This document shows, one piece after another, positions 13,581-29,867 of a DNA stretch of 64,000 nt; the stretch's first letter is position 1, and each line of letters begins with the position of its first letter. The stretch lies in assembly GCF_009914755.1 (NCBI RefSeq), contig NC_060932.1; one strand, given 5' to 3'. This DNA is from the human T2T-CHM13v2.0 reference genome, Homo sapiens. The notes under the pieces were generated by a model that ran no database searches, was not told the DNA's origin, and was given only the letters and a program-made list of their open reading frames with translations. The translations under genes were made by a program, and so were the position numbers.

Positions 13581-16171
13581 AAGTTTTTCTTTTTCAGAGA
13601 TAGGGTCTTGCTCTGTTGTTCGGGCTAGAGTGCAGAGGTGTGATCATGGCTCACTACAGCTATGATCACTCTTTATTATTTTCTTCCTTCTGCTTGTTTT
13701 TATGTTCATTTGCTTCTCTTTTTCTTTTCTTCTTTTTGAGATGGAGTCTCGCCATTTCGCCCAGGCTGGATTCAAGCTCCTGGGCCAAAGATTCTCCCAC
13801 CTCAGGCTCCCGAGTAAATGGGACTATAGGCACACCACCGCACTCAGCTTGCTCCTCTTTTTCTAAGATAGTTTCTCAAGACAGAAGCTTGGAATATTTA
13901 TTTGAGAATTTCTCCTCCAAATATAAGCAGTGGATGCTATAAGTTTCTTTCTGATAGAAAGAATATAATTTTTAAGCCAGGCACAGTGGCATGCACTCAT
14001 AGTCCCAGGGAGCTCAGGAGGCTGAGGGTTGCTTAAGGCCAGAAGTTCAATCCCAGCCTGGGCAACATAACGAGACCCCATCTTTTTTTAGAAAAATAAT
14101 ATAATAGAAATTTTAAGACCAGTAAGTTCCCTTTTATCAGAAAAGTCAATTGAGATGAAGTAGAATAAATAGCCGGAAACTCAGACATAATCTTTTCATC
14201 TTAAAATGAAATGAAATCAATTGAACTAGTTTACATTCACCTCTAGTTACATTGAACTAGTTACATTCAAACAAGTTACATATCAAACAGTCATTGTTTG
14301 ATAGAGTGTGAAAAGAGGTGCTGGAGCCTTGGACACAAGAGAAGCAACCCCAGTCACTTTTAGGAAAATCATGTTAAAGCCCAGAGGAAAGTTATCAAGT
14401 TGGAATCTTTACATGTGGTTCTCCATCTCATCACATTCCGGGAAAGAATTCCCAGTCATTATGGGGTATGTTCCAGGACCATGGAAAAAGGCAGCAATTT
14501 GTGTTTTTTAACCTTGTCTGGTAATGCTGTCCCTTTATGATCTCCACTCGGGTTGGCCAGGCCCAGTTCATCCCGACTGGGGTATAACATAACTGATGAA
14601 TTTAATTTAACAACTGACAATTATTGAGCACCTACTCTGTGTCAGGTGCTGAGATAAGACAATTGATAGGCTTTCTTTGCCTCTCCTTCTAAGGGCCAGT
14701 ATTAACAAATTGCCTATTGGCCAGGATGATTACACCTGGGGATTTGAGTTCATGGGCTTTTTCCTGGAAGCTCCCTATCTGTTTGCCTTCTCTAGTAGAG
14801 ATCATTTAGAAGGAAGAAGTGGCCATTACCATACAGCTGTAGCTGTCAAAGAGTTTGGTATTTATTCCATCTATCTCCTTACAGAGACGCAATCAGAGGA
14901 AAGTGAGCATCTACCCTCCCTTGCAGTGCTGTTGGTGTTGCTACTTAAAAATGAAAGCTAAGAAAATTAAAGTCACTCACAAACAGAAGAATAAATATAG
15001 ATCAGTATTTCTCTTGTGCTAGAACTGGCAGGATCAGGAGAGTGGAAGTCAGGGATTTCCAGGAGTTCAAACAATCAACAAAATCATAAAGGTGAATAAT
15101 TTTGATTATGTGAAAATGAAAAACGTGTATGTTAGGCGCCATAAAAAAAACTAAAAGACAAATGACAAACTAGGAAAGATGGCAAAGGGTTGATAACCTT
15201 ATAATATGAAAAGTTTCTACAAAACAATAAGAAAAAGATGAGGTGCTAGTACAAAACTGGGCGAAGCATACAGACAAATCACTAATGAAGAAATAGAAAT
15301 GATCAGTAATCTTTGTATTACTCATAAAAATGAAAATCAAATATTCTTTTTCTTTCCTATCAAATTGGCTGAGATAGAAAAAATAGTACCCTTTGTTGTC
15401 AAAAGTGAGGTAAGATAAGCATTAAAAATATTTTAATATAATGCATATATAGTAAAATCCATCCTTTTCAAATTCAGTGAATTTTAGTATATTCATGAAG
15501 TTGTACAACTATCACCACGATCTAATTTCAGAACATTTTTATCATCCCCAAAAGAAATTCTATACCCATTGGCAGTTACTGCCCATTTTACCCTTCCCCT
15601 GGCCCCTGGCAACCACTAGTCTACTTTTGTTTGTATGGATTTGCCTATCTTGAGTATTTCATACAAATGGAATCATAGTATGTAGACTTTTGTATCTGTC
15701 TTTCACTTAATGTTTTCAAGGTTCATCTATGTTGCATCTTGCATTAGTACTTCATTCCTTTTTATGTAGAAATAATATTCCATTGTGTAGATAATACCAG
15801 ATTTTCTTTATTCACCAGTTGATGGACCTTTGGGTTGTTTCCACTTTTTGGCTATTATGAATAATGCTGTCATGAACGCTCATGTACAGATTTTTGTTTG
15901 AACAGATGTTTTAGATTTTCTTGTGCATTATTTGGGAGTGGAATTGCTGGATGATATACTAACTCTGTGTTTAACTTTGAGGAAATGCAGACTGTTTTCC
16001 AAAGTAGCTATCCCATTTTACATTCCCACCTGCAATAAGGGTTCCAATTTCTTTACATATTTGCCAGCACTTGTTATTGTCTGCCTTTTTGGCTATAGCC
16101 ATCTTAATGGGCATGTAGTGGTAACTCCTTACGGTTTTAATTTGCATTTTCCTAAGAACTAATTATGTTGA

Positions 16172-18217
<2,046 letters not shown>

Positions 18218-18317
18218 CAACTCCTGTGTTTTTCTAAGATTTTTATGATTTTAGCTCTTGTATTTAGGTTATTGGGTTATTGATCCATTTTAATTCTTAT
18301 ATACAGTGTGAGGTAAA

Positions 18318-19563
<1,246 letters not shown>

Positions 19564-19776
19564 TTATCAACTCTCAGTTCCTTTCCACTGGTCTATGTGT
19601 CTTTCCTTATGCCAATACCACACTGTTTTGATTACTCTAGCTTTTAGTAAGTTTTGAAATCCAGAAGAGTGAGACTGGGTGCAGTGGCTCATGCCTGTAA
19701 TACTAGCACTTTGGGAGGCTGAGGCCAGAAGTTCAAGGCTATATTGAGCCTACCACTGCACTCCAGCCTTGGCGTT

Positions 19777-20178
19777 TGTGCTGGTTAATACTGAGTGTTA
19801 ACTTGATTGGATTGAAGGATACAAAGTATTGATCCTGGGTGTGTCTGTGAGGGTATTGCTGAAAGAGATTAACATTAAGTCTGGTGGGCACAATCTAATC
19901 AGCTGCCAGCAAATATAAGCAGGCAGAAAAACATGAAAGGAGAGACTGGCCTAGCCTCCCAGCAGCCTACATCTTTCTCCCGTGCTGGGTGCTTCCTGCC
20001 CTCGAACATTAGACTCCAATTTCTTCAGTTTCGAGACTTGGACTAGCTCTCCTTGCTCCTCAAGCTTGCAGACAGCCTATTGTGGGACCTTGTGATTGTG
20101 AAAGTTAATACTGAATAAGCTTGTATATATATATATCTCCTATTAGTTCTGTCCCTCTAGAGAAACCTGACTAGTATA
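19777..20178 (+). repeat. 5' LTR, MLT2A family (MLT2A2-like)
   Basis: TGTGCTGGTTAATACTGAGTG...CCTGACTAGTATA; direct repeat of 25685-26175 with a ~35-bp deletion. Confidence 0.9.
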
Positions 20179-20183
20179 GATTT

Positions 20184-20198
20184 TAGTACCCGGAGTGG
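20184..20198 (+). promoter_or_regulatory. Degenerate tRNA-Leu primer-binding site
   Basis: TAGTACCCGGAGTGG just after the 5' LTR, versus TGGTACCAGGAGTGG complementary to the tRNA-Leu 3' end. Confidence 0.7.
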
Positions 20199-20222
20199 TT
20201 CCAGAGGAACAGACTATTAAGG

Positions 20223-21983
20223 ATGCAGTTCTTTCGTTGGTTTTGGGGTTTCTGGAGTTGGCTACTTAATATGATTAGACCCAAAAATGCTAAGGACTCT
20301 ACTTCTAATAGTATGGAGAATACTGATAGTCCTTGGTGTGAACTGTTTAGAGAGTTATGCAAAATAAATGCATTTGACACTTCTGATTCATCACTCATGA
20401 GAGGCAAGGAGTTTAGTAACTCTATACATAGTACCTTTGACCATATGTGGAGAACCAAGGAACATAATGAAGCTGGTTGGTTGCTCCTAAGTTCAGTGGA
20501 CAAAGTAGTGAAAGAAAATGAACTCAGGGATTCTGTCTCTCAGCTTCAGAAGCAGATACTGAGCCTCAAATCTGCCAAGATTGCCCTGAGTGAGAGTCTT
20601 ATCTCCTGTAGAGAAAGAGCTGAAATTGTGGAAAAACAGACACAAGCTCTCATCATGCGAGTGGCTGACCTGCAACAAAAGGTGCGTGCACAGCCTTGCC
20701 AGGTGTCTACCGTTAAAATAAGGGCATTGATTAGAAAAGAATGGGACCCTACAACTTGGAATGGGGATGTGTAGGAGGACCTTGATGAAACTGGGGACAC
20801 TGAATTTGTAAACTCTGATGAACCTTTCTTTTGCCAGAAGGAACAGATTCCCCATACCCAGTAGTGGCAACATCCCCTCCCTGATCCATGCTGCCATCAG
20901 CCTTTCCACCTTTGTCTGAGGAGATAAATCCTGCACTGCCTGACGCAACAGTGATGGCCTCCCGAGACAGTTGCCAGGCAAGATAATGTTGATTCTCCTC
21001 AGAAGCCACCCCCAACAACCTTGTTTGCTTCTAGACCTATAACTAGACTAAAGTCCTGCCAGGGACCTCTGGCCAGCCCCTAGAGGTGAGGTTGAGAGTG
21101 TGACCCATAAGGAGGTGCGCTACACTCAAAAATAACTGTTTGAGTTCTCTAATTTATATAAACAGAAATCTGGAGAACAGGCATGGGAATGGATATTAAG
21201 GGTGTGGGATAATGGTGGAAAGAACATAGAGTTGGATCAGGCTGAATTTATTGATTTGGGCCCATGAAGTAGGGACTCTGCTTTTAATGTTGCAGCTTGG
21301 AGAGTTAAAAAAAAAAAGGTTATAATAGATTATTTGCTTGGTTAGCTGAATTATGGATTAAAAGATGGCCCACTGTGAGCCAGCTGGAAATGCCTGATCT
21401 CCTTTGGGTTAATATAGAGGAAGGGATCCAAAGGCTTAGGGAGATTGGGATGGTGAACTGGATTAGTCACTTTAGACTGACTCATCCCAGCTGGGAGGGT
21501 CCAGAAGATATACCCTTGATGAATGCCTTGTAAAATAGATTTGTGAGGGGAGCACCTGCATCTTTGAAGAGCCGTGTAATTGCTCTTCTCTGTATGTCAG
21601 ACCTAACAGTGGCAACTGCAGTCACTCACCTACAAAATTTAAATACAATGGGAATAATTGGATCCTGAGGTGGCAGGAGCCAAGTGGTGGCACTCAACCA
21701 TCAAAAGCAAGGTGGACGTAGCTACCATAATGGACAGTAGAGGCAAAGCAGCAATCAGAATAGTCTGACTCATGTAGAGCTCTGGCATTGGCTAATTAAT
21801 CACGATGTTCCTAGAAGTGAAATTGATAGGAAGCCTACTGCATTCCTACTTAATTTATACAAGCAGAAAACTTCTAGGTCAAATGGACAAAAGACTAATT
21901 TGAATTATAAAAACAGAGAATCATGGCTTTTCAATTAATTTCCAGACTTGAGCCAGTTTGCAGAACCAGAACCCCTTGAATGA
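20223..21983 (+). pseudogene. HERV-L gag remnant, with 183 open codons at the 5' end
   Basis: ORF 20223..20774 (MIRPKNAKDSTSNSMENTDSPW...EWDPTTWNGDV), then stops and frameshifts. Confidence 0.85.
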
Positions 21984-22527
21984 AGTGGAGTCTGGGTCCC
22001 CTTGAGGAAGGACCCCACTACAGTACCAACAATTTATGCAGTGAATCTTTCTCCCATCCTTCCCCAAGGAGACCTCTGGCCTTTTACCAGGGTAACTTGC
22101 ACTGGGGAAAGGGAAATGACATTTCAGGGACTACTGGACACTGCCTCTGAGCTGATACTGATTCCAGGAGACCCAAAACATCATTGCGGTCCTCCAGGTA
22201 AAGTATGGACTTAGGGAGTTCAGGTAATTAATGGAGTTTTAGCTCAGGACTTACAGCGGGTTCAGTGGGTCCCCGGACTCATCCTGTGGTCATTTCCCCA
22301 GTGCCAGAATGCATAATTGGCATAGACATACTTAGCAGCTGGCAGAACCCCCACATTAGCTCCCTGACTGGTAGGGTGAAGGCTGTTATGGTGGGAAAGG
22401 CCAAATGGAAGCCACTAGAGCTGCCTCTACCTAGAAAAATATTAAATCATAAATAATATCGCATCCCTGGAGGGACTGCAGAGATTAGTGCCACCATCAA
22501 GGACTTAAAAGATGTAGGGATAGGGCT

Positions 22528-22981
<454 letters not shown>

Positions 22982-23397
22982 TCATTGCTTGAGCAAATTA
23001 ACACATCTCCTGGTACCTGGTATGCAGCCACTGACTTGGCAAATGTCTTTTTCTCCATTCCTGTCCATAAGGCCCACCAGAAGCAATCTGCCGTCAGCTG
23101 GCAAGGTTACCAATATACCTTTACTGTCCTACCTCAGGGGTATATCAACTCTGCGGCTTTGTGTCATAGTCTTATTCGGAGAGACCTTGATTGCTTTTTG
23201 CTTTGGCAAGATATCACACTGGTACATTATATTGATGACGTTATGCTGACTGGACCTAGCGAGCAAGAAGTAGCAAACACACTGGACTTATTGGTGAGAC
23301 ATTTGCATGCAAGAGGATGGGAAATAAATCCAACTAAAATTCAGGGACCTTCTACCTCAGTAAAATTTCCTGGGTTCCGGTGGTATGGGGCCTGTCG

Positions 23398-23469
23398 AGA
23401 TATTCCTTCTAAGGTGAAGCAAGATATTCCTTCTAAGGTGAAGGAAGATATTCCTTCTAAGGTGAAGGG
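23398..23469 (+). repeat. 24-bp in-frame tandem triplication in HERV-L pol
   Basis: AGATATTCCTTCTAAGGTGAAGNN x3, encoding DIPSKVK(Q/E/G). Confidence 0.95.
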
Positions 23470-24859
23470 GCCTTTGGCCCCTCCTACAACCAAGAAAGAG
23501 ACACAATGCCTGGTGTCACAAGGCCTATTTGGATTTTCGAGGCAACACATTCTTCATTTGGGTGTGTTACTCCAGCCCATTTATCGAGTGACCTGAAAGG
23601 CGGCTGATTTTGAGCAGGGTCCAGAACAGGAGAAGGCTCTGCCACAGGTCCAAGCTGCTGTGCAAGCTGCTCTGCCACTTGGGCCATATGACCTAGCAGA
23701 TCCAATGGTGCTTGAGGTGTCAGTGGCAGATAGGGATGCCGTTTGGAGCCTTTGGCAGGCCCCCATAGATGAATCACAGTGGAGGCCTCTAGGATTTTGG
23801 AGCAAGGCCCTGCCATCTTCTGCAGATAACTGCTTTCCTCTTGAGACAGCTCTTGGCCTGTTACTGGGCTTTGGTGGAAACTGAACATTTGACTATGGGT
23901 CATCAAGTCACCATGCAACCTGAACTGCCTATCATGAACTGAGTGCTTTCTGACCCATCTAGCCATAAGGTAGGTTGTGCACAGCAGCCTTCCATCATCA
24001 AATGGAAGTGGTCTATATGTGATCAGGCTCAAGCAGGTTCTGAAGGCACAAATAAGTTACATGAGGAGGTGGCTCAAATGCCCATGGTCTCCACTCCTGC
24101 CACCTTGCCTTCTCTCCCCCAGCCTGCACCGATGGCCTCCTGGGGAGTTTCCTGTGATCAGTTGACAGACTAAGAGAAGACTAGGGCCTGGTTCACTGAT
24201 GGTTCTACACGATATGCAGGCATCACCCAAAAGTGGACAGCTACAGCACTACAGCCCCTTTCCAGGACATCCCTGAAGGACAGCAGTGAAGGGAAATCTT
24301 CCCAGTGGGCAGAACTTCAAGCAGTGCACCTGGTGGTACACTTTGCATAGAAGGAGAAATGGCCAGATGTGTGATTATACACTGATTCATGGGTTGTAGC
24401 CAATGGTTTGGCTGGATGGTCAGGGACTTGGAAGAAGCACCCAATGCTTCTGCCAGGACTACCATCCATGGACTCATGGAATGCCTTATCCGCCATCATG
24501 TTATTCCACACGGCATTGCCTTTGACCAAGGCACTCACTTTATGGCTAAAGAAGTGTGGCAGTGGGCTCATACTCATGGAATTCACTGGTCTTACCATAT
24601 TCTCCATCATCCTGAAGCAGCTGAATTGATAGAATGGTAGAATGGCCTTTTGAAGTCACAATTACAAAATCAACTAGGTGACAATACTTTGCAGGGCTGG
24701 GGCAAAGTTCTCCAGAAGGCCGTGTATACTCTGAATCAGTGTCCAATATATGGTACTCTTCCCCCCATAGCCAGGATTCATGGGTCCAGGAATCAAGGGG
24801 TGGAAGTGGAAGTGGTACCACTCACCATCACCCCTAGCAATCCACTAGCAAAATTATTG

Positions 24860-25200
24860 CTTCCTGTTCTTGTGACATTACGTTCTGCTGGCCTAGAGGT
24901 CTTAGTTCCAGAGGGAGGAATGCTGCCACAAGGAGACACAACAATGATCCTGTTAAACTGGAAGTTAAGATTGCCACCTGGACACTTTGTGCTCCTCCTA
25001 CCTTTAAGTCAACTGGCTAAGAATGGAGTCACAGTGTTGGCTGGGTGATTGACCCGGACTCTCAAGACAAAATCAGTCTACTCCACAATGGAGGTAAGTA
25101 AGAGTATGCATGGAATGCAGGAGATCCATGAGGGCGTGTCTTAGTATTACCATGCCCTCTGATTAAGGTCAATGGGAAATTACAATAGCCCAACCCAGCC
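24860..25200 (+). pseudogene. HERV-L dUTPase remnant
   Basis: RSAGLEVL, KLRLPPGHF and GVTVLAG motifs in ORF 24650..25048, downstream of integrase as typical for ERV-L. Confidence 0.75.
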
Positions 25201-25684
25201 AGGACTACAAATGGCCCAGACCCTTCAGGAATGAAAGTTTGGATCACTCCATCAGGAAAAAAAACCACGACCTGCCGAGGTGCTTGCTGAAGGCAAAGGG
25301 AATATAGAATGGGTAGTAGAAGAAGGTAGTCATCAATACCAGCTATGACCACGTGACCAGCTGCAGAAACGGGGACTGTAATTGTCATGAGTATTTTCTC
25401 CTTTTGTTAAAAACATGTTTGTGCATGTATACATTTGTACTAAGAAATGTCTTCATTTTATTTCCTTTTTCCTTTATCATGTGACATAAGATTTATTGAC
25501 TTCATATCAGCATTTAAGTATTAACTTTATATTATAGTATTTGGGTTGGGGATTGGTGCATTTCTGGTTGTACAAAGGATAGTTGTATTATGTTAGGTGT
25601 AATTATGACCTTATTATTGTCTTTATTTGAAGATTATGTATAATCTCAGGAAATGTATATGGGTTCAAATTGACAAGGGGTGGT

Positions 25685-26175
25685 TGAAATGGTTAATACT
25701 GAGTGTCAACTTCATTGGATTGAAGGATACAAAGTATTGATCCTGGGTGTGTCTGTCAGGGTGTTGCCAAAGGAGATTAACATTTGAGTCAGTGGGCTGG
25801 GGAAGGCAGATCCACCCTTAATCTGGTGGGCACACTCTAATCAGCTGCCAGCGAATATAAAGCAGACAGAAAAACATGAAAAGGAGAGACTGGCCTAGCC
25901 TCCCAGCCTACATCTTTCTCCTGTGCTGGGTGATTCCTGCCCTTGAACATCACACTCCAAGTTCTTCATTGTTGAGACTTGGACTGGCTCTCCTTGCACC
26001 TCAAGCTTGTAGACAGCCTATTGTGGGACCTTGTGATCATGTAAGTTAATACTGAATAAACTCCCCTTTATATACATATATATATATATATTCCTACTAT
26101 ATATATAATCCTACTAATATATATATTATATATCCTATTAATTCTGTCCCTCTAGAGAGAACCCTGACTAATATA
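25685..26175 (+). repeat. 3' LTR, MLT2A family (MLT2A2-like)
   Basis: TATAAA 25856-25861, GTAAGT 26041-26046, AATAAA 26055-26060, (TA)n tract; ends CCCTGACTAATATA. Confidence 0.9.
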
Positions 26176-27453
26176 TCATTAGAGTGAGACCCTGTCTCAA
26201 AAAAAAAAAAAGAAGAAGAAAAGAGAGTCCTTTGATTTTGCTCTATTTTTTCAGGATCTTTTTGGCTATTCTGAACTCCTTACAATATTGTATGAATTTA
26301 AGGATTGTCTTTTCCATTTCTGCAAAAAGTTTTGATAGGATTGTGTTGCATCTGTAGATTGCTTTGAGTAGTATTAACATTTTAACCTTAATAACAATGT
26401 CTCCCTATGATTACAGGATATATTTCCATTTATTCAAGTCTTTTAAAAAATTTCTTAAAGCAATACTTTTATCTCCTTGGTTAAATTTATTCCTAGGTAT
26501 TTTATTCTTTTGGATGCTATTATAAATATAATTGTTTCCTTGATTTCCTTTTTGCTCTGTTCATTGCTAGTGTATAGAAACACTGATTTTGGCTTGTTGA
26601 TCTTATACCCTACAACTTAGCTAAATTTGTTTATTGCTCTAGTTTTTTTTGGTGGGGGTGGTGAAGGGGGTGGATTCTTTTTTTTTAATATAAATAGGAT
26701 CATATAATTATGAATAGAGATACTTTTACTTTCTTTCCAATTTGGATGCCTTTTATTTCATTTTAGTGCCTAATTGATCAGTCTACAACTTTTAGTACAG
26801 TGTTGAATAGCCGTGGTGAAAATGGGCATCCTTGTCTTGTTGCTGATGTTTAAGGGAAAGCTTTCATTACTTTTATCTTTGAATATGATGTTGGCTCTGG
26901 GTTTTTCATAAATATACTTTATTATGTTGAGGAATTTCACTTCTATTCCTAGTTTTCTGAGTTTTTTTTTTTTTTAAATCATGAAAGCATGTTGGATTTT
27001 GTCATGCCTTTTCAGCATCAATTGTGGGATCATGTATGCAGTTCTTTACTTTTTCTGTTAATGAGGTGTGTTGGCATTGATTGATTTTCTAATGCTGAAC
27101 TACCTTTGTATTCCTGGGATAAATCCCACTTGGCCATGGTGTATAATCCATTCAGTATGCTGTTGAATCTGTTCGCTAGTATTTTGCTGAGGATTTTTGG
27201 TCTATCAACTACTCACACTACCCTACTTGAGGCTACACTGTTGGCCATTCATTCCTTTGATAGTTGTTATTGTTGACTCCTTTCTTCCCAAACTACTCTT
27301 GGTGTTTCTGAGGCAGTATGCGCTCCTGTTTTTTTCTCTCATTTCTAGGCATTTCTGTGCCTACACTGTAGATTTTTCCTCTCTTCATCCTTTAAGTGTT
27401 AGTATATCTCAGGGATCCTTATGAGCCTTTGAGTGATCCCATCCACATCCAAA

Positions 27454-28460
27454 CTTTTATTTTTATTTTTTGTAGAGATGGAGTCTTGCTATGTTGCCCA
27501 GGCTTGCTTCAAACTAGTGGCCTCAAGCAATCCTCCTGCCTCAGCCTGCCAGAGTGCTAGGATTATAGGGGTGAGCCACCTTGCCAGTTCCACACCCAAA
27601 CTTTTTTTTTTTTTTGAGATGGAGTTTTGCCCTGTTGCCCAGGGTGGAGTGCAATGGTGTGATCTTGGCTCACTGCAACCTCCACCTCCCGGGGTCCAAA
27701 TGATTCTCCTGCCTCAGCCTTTTGAGTAGCTGGGATTACAGGCACCTGATACCATGCCCAGCTAATTTTTGTATTTTTAGTAGAGACAGGGTTCACCATG
27801 TTGGCCAGGGTGGTCTCGAACTCCTGACCTTGTGATCTGCCTGCCTCAGCTTCCTAAAGTGCTGGGATTACAGGCATGAGCCACCGTGCCCGGCCCCAAA
27901 CTTTTATATATTAGTAACTCCCAAGTCACTGTCTCTGGATAAGGCCACTTCTCTGATCTACATGTAGAGCCACCCTCTGAACAGCTCCATTGCATTGTCC
28001 CACGGGTATCCCAACACCCAACAGAACTCACAAGTCTTTCATGTTTGGGCCTCTGTTTACCTGTCCAGAGACTATCAAAGTTGTTCAGAGCCATTTCAAT
28101 CTTAAGGTAAGAATGCTTTGCATTCAGTTCAAATCTGGGTTATGGCTGGGCACAGTGGCTCATGCCTGCAATCCCAGGACTTTGGAAGGCCAAGGAGAGA
28201 GGACTGCTTGAGACCAGGACTTTGAGACCATCCTGGACAACATAGCAAGGCCTCATCTGTATAAAAAATTTTAAACATTAGCCAGGCATGGTGGCTGGCT
28301 CTCACCTGTAGTCCCAGCTACTCTGGAAGCTAAGGGGAGGATTGCCTGCCCCAGAGGTTGAGGCTGCAGTGAGCTATGATGGCACCATTGCACTCCACCC
28401 TGGGCAATAGAGCAAGACCCTGTGTCAAAATAAATACAAACAAATAATAAAAATAAAAAC
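27454..28460. mobile_element. Alus: monomer 27454-27585 (-), dimer 27602-27894 (-), dimer 28143-28460 (+)
   Basis: Alu consensus matches. Confidence 0.88.
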
Positions 28461-29782
28461 AAGTCCGAGTTATGCTGGCTTCTAGCTCTGTGTACTAGAG
28501 CGCATTCCTTAGCTTCTTGTTTCTCTGTTGCCTCATTTGTAAAGTGGGAATGATAATACTTGGTATTAGGATTAATGTGATCCATATCAAGTTCTAAATG
28601 AACTGCAGCTCTTTAGTGATAGCATTGGTCAGACCCGAGGGGATACTGTGCAAAGGGGTGGAAAGTAATACCAAGCTGACCATTGTTTCTGCCGACCCTG
28701 ACTTTTGTGCTTTCACCCAGTTTCTGGTGGAGAACCTGATTGACAGAAACCAGATTAAAACTGGAGCCTTACTCTAATAACCCTACTGGGTTTAATCTGC
28801 AGATTTATCTTTATAGCAAAATCTTTTTATTGTTTTAATAATTAAGATCCCTTTGGCTGGTGATCCAAATTGGATGTTATTCTGCTGTATAGAAAACAGT
28901 ATTTATTAATGTGTTTTTATACTTGATGCTTGTCTTAAGGTGATCATCCACTGATTTTCACTTAAATAATTGTGCTTTTCTATTCCCTCTGTCTCTGTGC
29001 TTAAAATCTTGGCTTTACCATTCATGAAAAAGAATGGAAAATATATCCATTAAGAATCAGATAAGAATTCGTTAAAAGAGAAAGCTTGGAAATCTCTATA
29101 TTTAAGTACTTTTTAACGGTGCTGTGAAATGATTAATTGCTTTGTTTTAAATATTGCTAAGACACCATAAATTAAATATTTACACATCCTTTTTATATTT
29201 AAAAACAGATTCAACAATTATTAAAGCTATTAATACCTGAACTCCTAATCAAAATCAAAGAAATTTTTAGTTTGAATAAGGCAATGGGATGGAAAATTTG
29301 CTGTGTTTTTAAGGCTCCCTTTAAGTTTAAAAACTAGGTGCCTAATTTGTGACTTTTTTGCTAAATTCACTTTTAAAATGACTTAAAAATCACTTACGCT
29401 TTATTTTTCTTTCAAATCTTTCTCTCCTAATCTTTTAAAATAAGGAAAGGTGCCTCCGTGTTGGGTATTATAATTGTATTCAAGTTTTTGCAACTCCATT
29501 CAAAAAAGTACGTATTTTGTAAGCTCACCTGGACAGGTGGACTTGATGAAGGGGATGGCTCTGAGATGCCGGTTTTCAGCCACAGGCCCTTCAGCGCTTA
29601 AACAGTTAGAGACAGGGTACGTTTCTGGCCGAAACCCGGGAGCCGAGTCCTCAGGAAGCCGCAGGGGCCTCGAGGGAGCGGACTGGGCCGACTGGCTCTA
29701 GAGGTCCGGCAGCACAGGCTCCGCCCGCAGGGGCGGTGCCCGAGCCGGCTTCCCTAGAGCCCGCCCTCCGCGTCCTGCACCC

Positions 29783-29816
29783 CCGCGGCCTCCGCGGCCT
29801 CCGCGGCCTCCGCGGC
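29783..29816. repeat. 9-bp tandem repeat (CCGCGGCCT) x3.8
   Basis: Read directly from the sequence. Confidence 0.9.
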
Positions 29817-29867
29817 AACTGCTCCCGGTGATGCAAACCCTCACTTCTCGCATCCACTTCCTCACAG

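Noticed and set aside
20223-20774. 183-aa HERV-L gag ORF as a domesticated Fv1-like gene
   Set aside because: Stops before the capsid region; the rest of gag has many stops; no evidence of selection visible from one sequence
23398-23469. Regularly spaced direct repeats resembling a CRISPR array
   Set aside because: Head-to-tail 24-bp units without spacers, inside a retroviral pol in primate DNA
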